Source: Armatimonadia bacterium | GTDB taxonomy: Bacteria > Armatimonadota > Zipacnadia > Zipacnadales > UBA11051 | NCBI GenBank assembly: GCA_039683575.1 | Contig: JBDKRC010000018.1 | Coordinates: 1-56,329 of the forward strand | Direction: 5' to 3' | DNA: 56,329 bases | Part shown: in pieces, positions 52,809-56,329 of the stretch | How positions within the stretch are numbered: the first letter of the stretch is position 1 | How the letters are laid out: each line of letters opens with the position of its first letter | Program-made: the position numbers and the translations under genes | The notes under the pieces: model-generated | Seen by the model: the letters and a program-made list of their open reading frames with translations, nothing else | What the model was told of the DNA's origin: nothing | Database searches by the model: none

Positions 52809-55800
52809 ATGCTCAATTGCTCACGGTTAGTGAAGTTGGCCGCTGTGGCTGTAGTCTTCGCCCATCTGTCCCTGGCGGCCTTCGCACAGGACGATCTGCA
52901 CGCCAAAATCGAGGCCGCCTTCGCCAAGATCCGGCCCTATGGCCTGTACGGCAACGAGGGCGCCTCCAATGCCCTCCTCGCCATGGCCCCGCAGATGCAC
53001 ACGGCCCGGCCGGAGTTCATCGCCGCCCTCGGCGAGTCGCACATGGTCGTGCGGTGGAGCGCCGCCCGGGTCCTCGGCACCATCGGCCCCGAAGCCCGCG
53101 AGGCCGTGCCCGCCCTCGCCACGGCCCTGCCCACCAGCGAGTGGTACGCCCAGGTCATGATTGCCTGGGCGATCAGGCGTATGGGCCCGGCGGGCAAAGA
53201 AGCTGTCCCCGCGCTCGGGGAGGTCCTGGGGAAATCCAAGGATGTCTGGGTGAAGCGTGAAGTAGCTGCGACACTCGGCGAGATCGGCCCTGAAGCCCGC
53301 GCGGCCCTGCCGCAGCTTACCGCCGCGCTCAAAGACCCCAATGGCTTCGTGCGCGTGGCCGCCGCCAAGTCCCTGTACCAGATCGACCGCGACGCCAGTG
53401 GCGTGCCCCTGCTCATCGAGGCACTCAAGAACTACGACATCGTCGGACCGCGCATCGCGGCTGACGCCCTGGCCGAGATGGGCGAGGGCGCCAGGCCCGC
53501 CTTGCCCGCCCTCGTCACCACTCTGAAAGACCCCGCTCCCTGCGCGCAGGTGGCCGCCGCACGCGCCTTGTGGCTGATAGACAAGAGCACCCAGGGCGTC
53601 CCGATGCTGATTGCCGCGCTGAGCGACGAAGTGACGGAAGTGCGCGAACGCGCCTCGGCGACCCTGAAACTGATCTCGGCCGCTACCGGGAAGACCTTCC
53701 CCGAGCCTCCCGCCCCGCCCGCTGCCGCTAAGCCACTGGTCTTCAACGCGGAGGAGTGGACTGGCCCCACCGAGGCCATCCTCAAGAACCGCGGGGCCGC
53801 GGACAAATGGAACCTCTGGAGCGAGGGCGCGCCTGCGTGGTCACGTGGCGTGATACTCTGCGCCCCCAGCGTCCCCAAAGACCGCACCACGTCCGAAGAA
53901 GGCGCCCCCGTCCTGCACACCCACCTCACCGGCATCCCCGCTGGCACCTATGACGTGACGGTGCAGCAGCAACGCCCCCTGGGCGTCTCGTTGGACGAGG
54001 GGAAGACCTGGCGCAAAGTGGACGGCGCAAGCCTTCTGGGGACCTTTACCATCAAAGACGGTGTCTTCGACCTCTGGGTCGATGACCGCTACGCCGCCAC
54101 CGGCTCGCCCGGCCCGCACTACTACAACACTATTACCCTCACGCCGTCAGTCGTCCGCCCCGCGCCGCCTCCCCGCACTCCCGTGCGCGGCTGGGCCACC
54201 CAGCGAGTACGCGAGCGCCTCAGCCGCGGCCTCACCGCCATTCGCACCGCCGACGGCGTCTACCTCAGTTGGCGCCTGCTGGCCGAGGACCCCAAAGACA
54301 TTGCCTTCAACGTCTATCGCGCCGATGGCGCGGGCAAGGGACAACTGCTGAACACCGCGCCCATCACCGCCACCACCGACTTCCTCGACCGCACTGCCCC
54401 CACTGGCAGCGCCAGCCGCTACAACGTCGTCCCAGCCGGGAAAGTCACGAGCAAGGTCCCGTCAACCGCCGTTGCCCTCCCTGGCACGGACCTGCCCTAC
54501 CTGCCGATCAAGCTGCAGGGCGACTACAAAGCGACGACGGTCGGAGTCGGCGACCTCGATGGCGACGGGCGGATGGACTATGTTGTCAAGCAGCCCGACA
54601 CCCAGATCTGGGGCTTCCTGTATACCTGGTACCGCAGCCCCGGCACCTACAAGCTCGAAGCATACAACGCCGATGGCAAGTTCCTGTGGCGGCACAGCAT
54701 GGGCTGGGGCATTGAGCTAGGGGTATGGTTCTCGACCTACGTCGTGTACGACCTCGATGGCGATGGCTGCGCGGAGGTCGCCTACAAGGGCACCGACGCC
54801 GATCCCCGTGACGCCGAGGGGGTCGTCAACGAGGGCCGGGAGTATGTCGTCGTCCTCGACGGGCGCACGGGCGATGAGATCAGCCGTGCAGAATTCCCCA
54901 ACCGCGACAACTTCGGGAGCGCGGGCAGGCCTGGCGATGTAGCCGCCCGCAACCAACTCGCTATCGCCTACCTCGACGGCAAAACCCCGTGTGTCATCGC
55001 CGAGCGCGGCACCTATGGCCTGCAGAAGGTCATGGCGTACCAGCTCAAGTCCGGCAAGTTGGAAATCCTCTGGCGCTGGGACAACGCCGACGGCGAGAGC
55101 AAGTTCTACGGCCAGGGCGCCCACACGCTTCACGCCGCCGACGTGGACGGCGATGGCCGCGACGAAGTCATCCTCGGCTCCTCGGTGCTGGATGACACCG
55201 GCGCGCCGCTGTGGTCCACCGGCAGGGGCCACCCGGACGTCTGCTGTGTAGGCGACTTCGTCCCCTCCAATCCCGGTCTCGAGATCTTCTACACGCTCGA
55301 AAACCCTCAGAAAGACAATGGCACCTGCATAGTCTACGCGCGCACGGGACAGTTCCTGTGGGGCCACCCCGGCCAAACCTACCACGTGGGCTCCGGCCAG
55401 GTCTCCGACGTTGATCCCGCCCATCCCGGCTGCGAGGCCTGGGCCGCCGAGGACCCCAAGAGCGGCGCCTTCGGTGGCGGCCCCGCCCCCCGCTGGATGT
55501 ACTCTGCCGCTGGCGAACTGCTGGCTGAGGGCAAAGACGTGCCTCAGGCGACCTCCGTGCTCTACTGGGATGGCGACATTCAGCGCGAGTTGCTCCGCGG
55601 CGGGCAGCCCCGCGACCTGCAGGGAGCGACCTACCCGCCCGCCATCCAGGGCACCGTGCTCGCCATAGCGGACGTGACCGGCGACTGGCGCGAGGAGATC
55701 ATCACCGCGCTCCCCGGCGAGATTCGCATTTATGCCACCACCACGCCCGCCACCGACCGCCGCCCCTGCCTGCTGCAGGACCCGACCTACCGGCTGTCGC

Positions 55801-56329
55801 TCACCGATGTCTCCTCCGGCTACTACTCCCAGCCCATGCTCGGCCACACGCTCACCTCGGAGACGAGCAGCTCCCTGATCTCCGGCCCGCAGGACGGTCT
55901 CTCCGCCCGCGGCGCGAGCCCCTGCGCGGTCACCGTGATGGCCTCAGCGCAAACACCACTCATCGGCGACCTGCGCCTCACCACCGGCCCAGACGCCACT
56001 GTCGAACCCGCCAGCTTCCCGGTCTCCGTCGCGGCCGGTCAGGTCGTGAAGCTCCCTTTTGCGGTCCGTCTGACCCACCCGCCCTCGCCGCTATCGGGCC
56101 GCGTGAACGTGTCGGTCACCGCCACCCTCAAGCCCCAGTCCGGCGAAGCCCTTGAAGCCCGCGCTTCCCTGCCTGTGACGGATGAGCCCATGACCGGCGT
56201 GGCAGTGATCGGCGCGGGCGATTTCGTCGAACAGATCGGGGGAGAGGGGAGACTGCGCACTGACAAGCCGAACTCGGCAGGGCGTGCGTTCTCTCACTGG
56301 AACTGGAAGGGCCACCGCGTCTCGTGGGA
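52809..56329 (+). CDS. Secreted HEAT-repeat / PL11 (YesW-like rhamnogalacturonan lyase family) fusion, truncated by the window end
   Basis: Hand translation from the ATG at 52809 (RBS GGAGG) shows a reading frame that stays in register to the window end (more than 1170 aa). Signal peptide, HEAT repeats, ERLSRGL...GVYLSWRLL..D....FNVYR, GDLDGDG, YDLDGDGCAEV, AIAYLDG, GQGAH...DVDGDGRDEV, GDWREEII. Absent from the ORF track. Confidence 0.85.
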   Translation, partial: MLNCSRLVKLAAVAVVFAHLSLAAFAQDDLHAKIEAAFAKIRPYGLYGNEGASNALLAMAPQMHTARPEFIAALGESHMVVRWSAARVLGTIGPEAREAVPALATALPTSEWYAQVMIAWAIRRMGPAGKEAVPALGEVLGKSKDVWVKREVAATLGEIGPEARAALPQLTAALKDPNGFVRVAAAKSLYQIDRDASGVPLLIEALKNYDIVGPRIAADALAEMGEGARPALPALVTTLKDPAPCAQVAAARALWLIDKSTQGVPMLIAALSDEVTEVRERASATLKLISAATGKTFPEPPAPPAAAKPLVFNAEEWTGPTEAILKNRGAADKWNLWSEGAPAWSRGVILCAPSVPKDRTTSEEGAPVLHTHLTGIPAGTYDVTVQQQRPLGVSLDEGKTWRKVDGASLLGTFTIKDGVFDLWVDDRYAATGSPGPHYYNTITLTPSVVRPAPPPRTPVRGWATQRVRERLSRGLTAIRTADGVYLSWRLLAEDPKDIAFNVYRADGAGKGQLLNTAPITATTDFLDRTAPTGSASRYNVVPAGKVTSKVPSTAVALPGTDLPYLPIKLQGDYKATTVGVGDLDGDGRMDYVVKQPDTQIWGFLYTWYRSPGTYKLEAYNADGKFLWRHSMGWGIELGVWFSTYVVYDLDGDGCAEVAYKGTDADPRDAEGVVNEGREYVVVLDGRTGDEISRAEFPNRDNFGSAGRPGDVAARNQLAIAYLDGKTPCVIAERGTYGLQKVMAYQLKSGKLEILWRWDNADGESKFYGQGAHTLHAADVDGDGRDEVILGSSVLDDTGAPLWSTGRGHPDVCCVGDFVPSNPGLEIFYTLENPQKDNGTCIVYARTGQFLWGHPGQTYHVGSGQVSDVDPAHPGCEAWAAEDPKSGAFGGGPAPRWMYSAAGELLAEGKDVPQATSVLYWDGDIQRELLRGGQPRDLQGATYPPAIQGTVLAIADVTGDWREEIITALPGEIRIYATTTPATDRRPCLLQDPTYRLSLTDVSSGYYSQPMLGHTLTSETSSSLISGPQDGLSARGASPCAVTVMASAQTPLIGDLRLTTGPDATVEPASFPVSVAAGQVVKLPFAVRLTHPPSPLSGRVNVSVTATLKPQSGEALEARASLPVTDEPMTGVAVIGAGDFVEQIGGEGRLRTDKPNSAGRAFSHWNWKGHRVSW

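Noticed and set aside
1-56329. CRISPR arrays, tRNA/rRNA genes, transposases, integrases, prophage
   Set aside because: No spaced direct repeats, RNA-gene signatures or mobile-element proteins were seen by eye. tRNAscan and Infernal were not run.

Overview
High-GC bacterial chromosomal segment. The gene style suggests Armatimonadota or a similar glycan-degrading lineage: a DUF1559/H-X9-DG prepilin-like gene, many large secreted glycanases, ceramidase-like and QueG-like paralogues. This taxonomy is inference. From left to right: (1) a partial Flp pilin not in the ORF track; (2) a CusRS/CzcRS-type two-component system divergent from a secreted-protein operon (small Pro/Gly protein, Spy/CpxP-like lipoprotein, two FN3-metallophosphoesterases), with a perfect ATTAC-N6-GTAAT box between them; (3) a PL26/YetA-like lyase, an unassigned glycanase-like protein and a QueG/RdhA-like Fe-S protein; (4) a compact three-gene biosynthetic cluster of a single-module NRPS (C-A-T-TE), a radical SAM enzyme of the archaeosine RaSEA family and a standalone B3/4 tRNA-editing protein; (5) an XRE-cupin regulator plus acyl-CoA synthetase; (6) split arsenic genes (arsR-arsC and arsR-arsP, each with its own promoter and palindrome) interleaved with ceramidase-like, DUF6259-like and GH78 genes; (7) a glycanase and prepilin-like cluster; (8) two membrane HEAT-repeat proteins; (9) an amino-sugar operon (double-SIS MurQ/GKRP-like, GH20, CBM-GH, ceramidase-like); (10) a HEAT-repeat/PL11 fusion running off the right end, also not in the ORF track. 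The best candidate for an undescribed system is the NRPS-RaSEA-B3/4 cluster at 16265-22188. I found no rRNA, tRNA, CRISPR array or mobile element.
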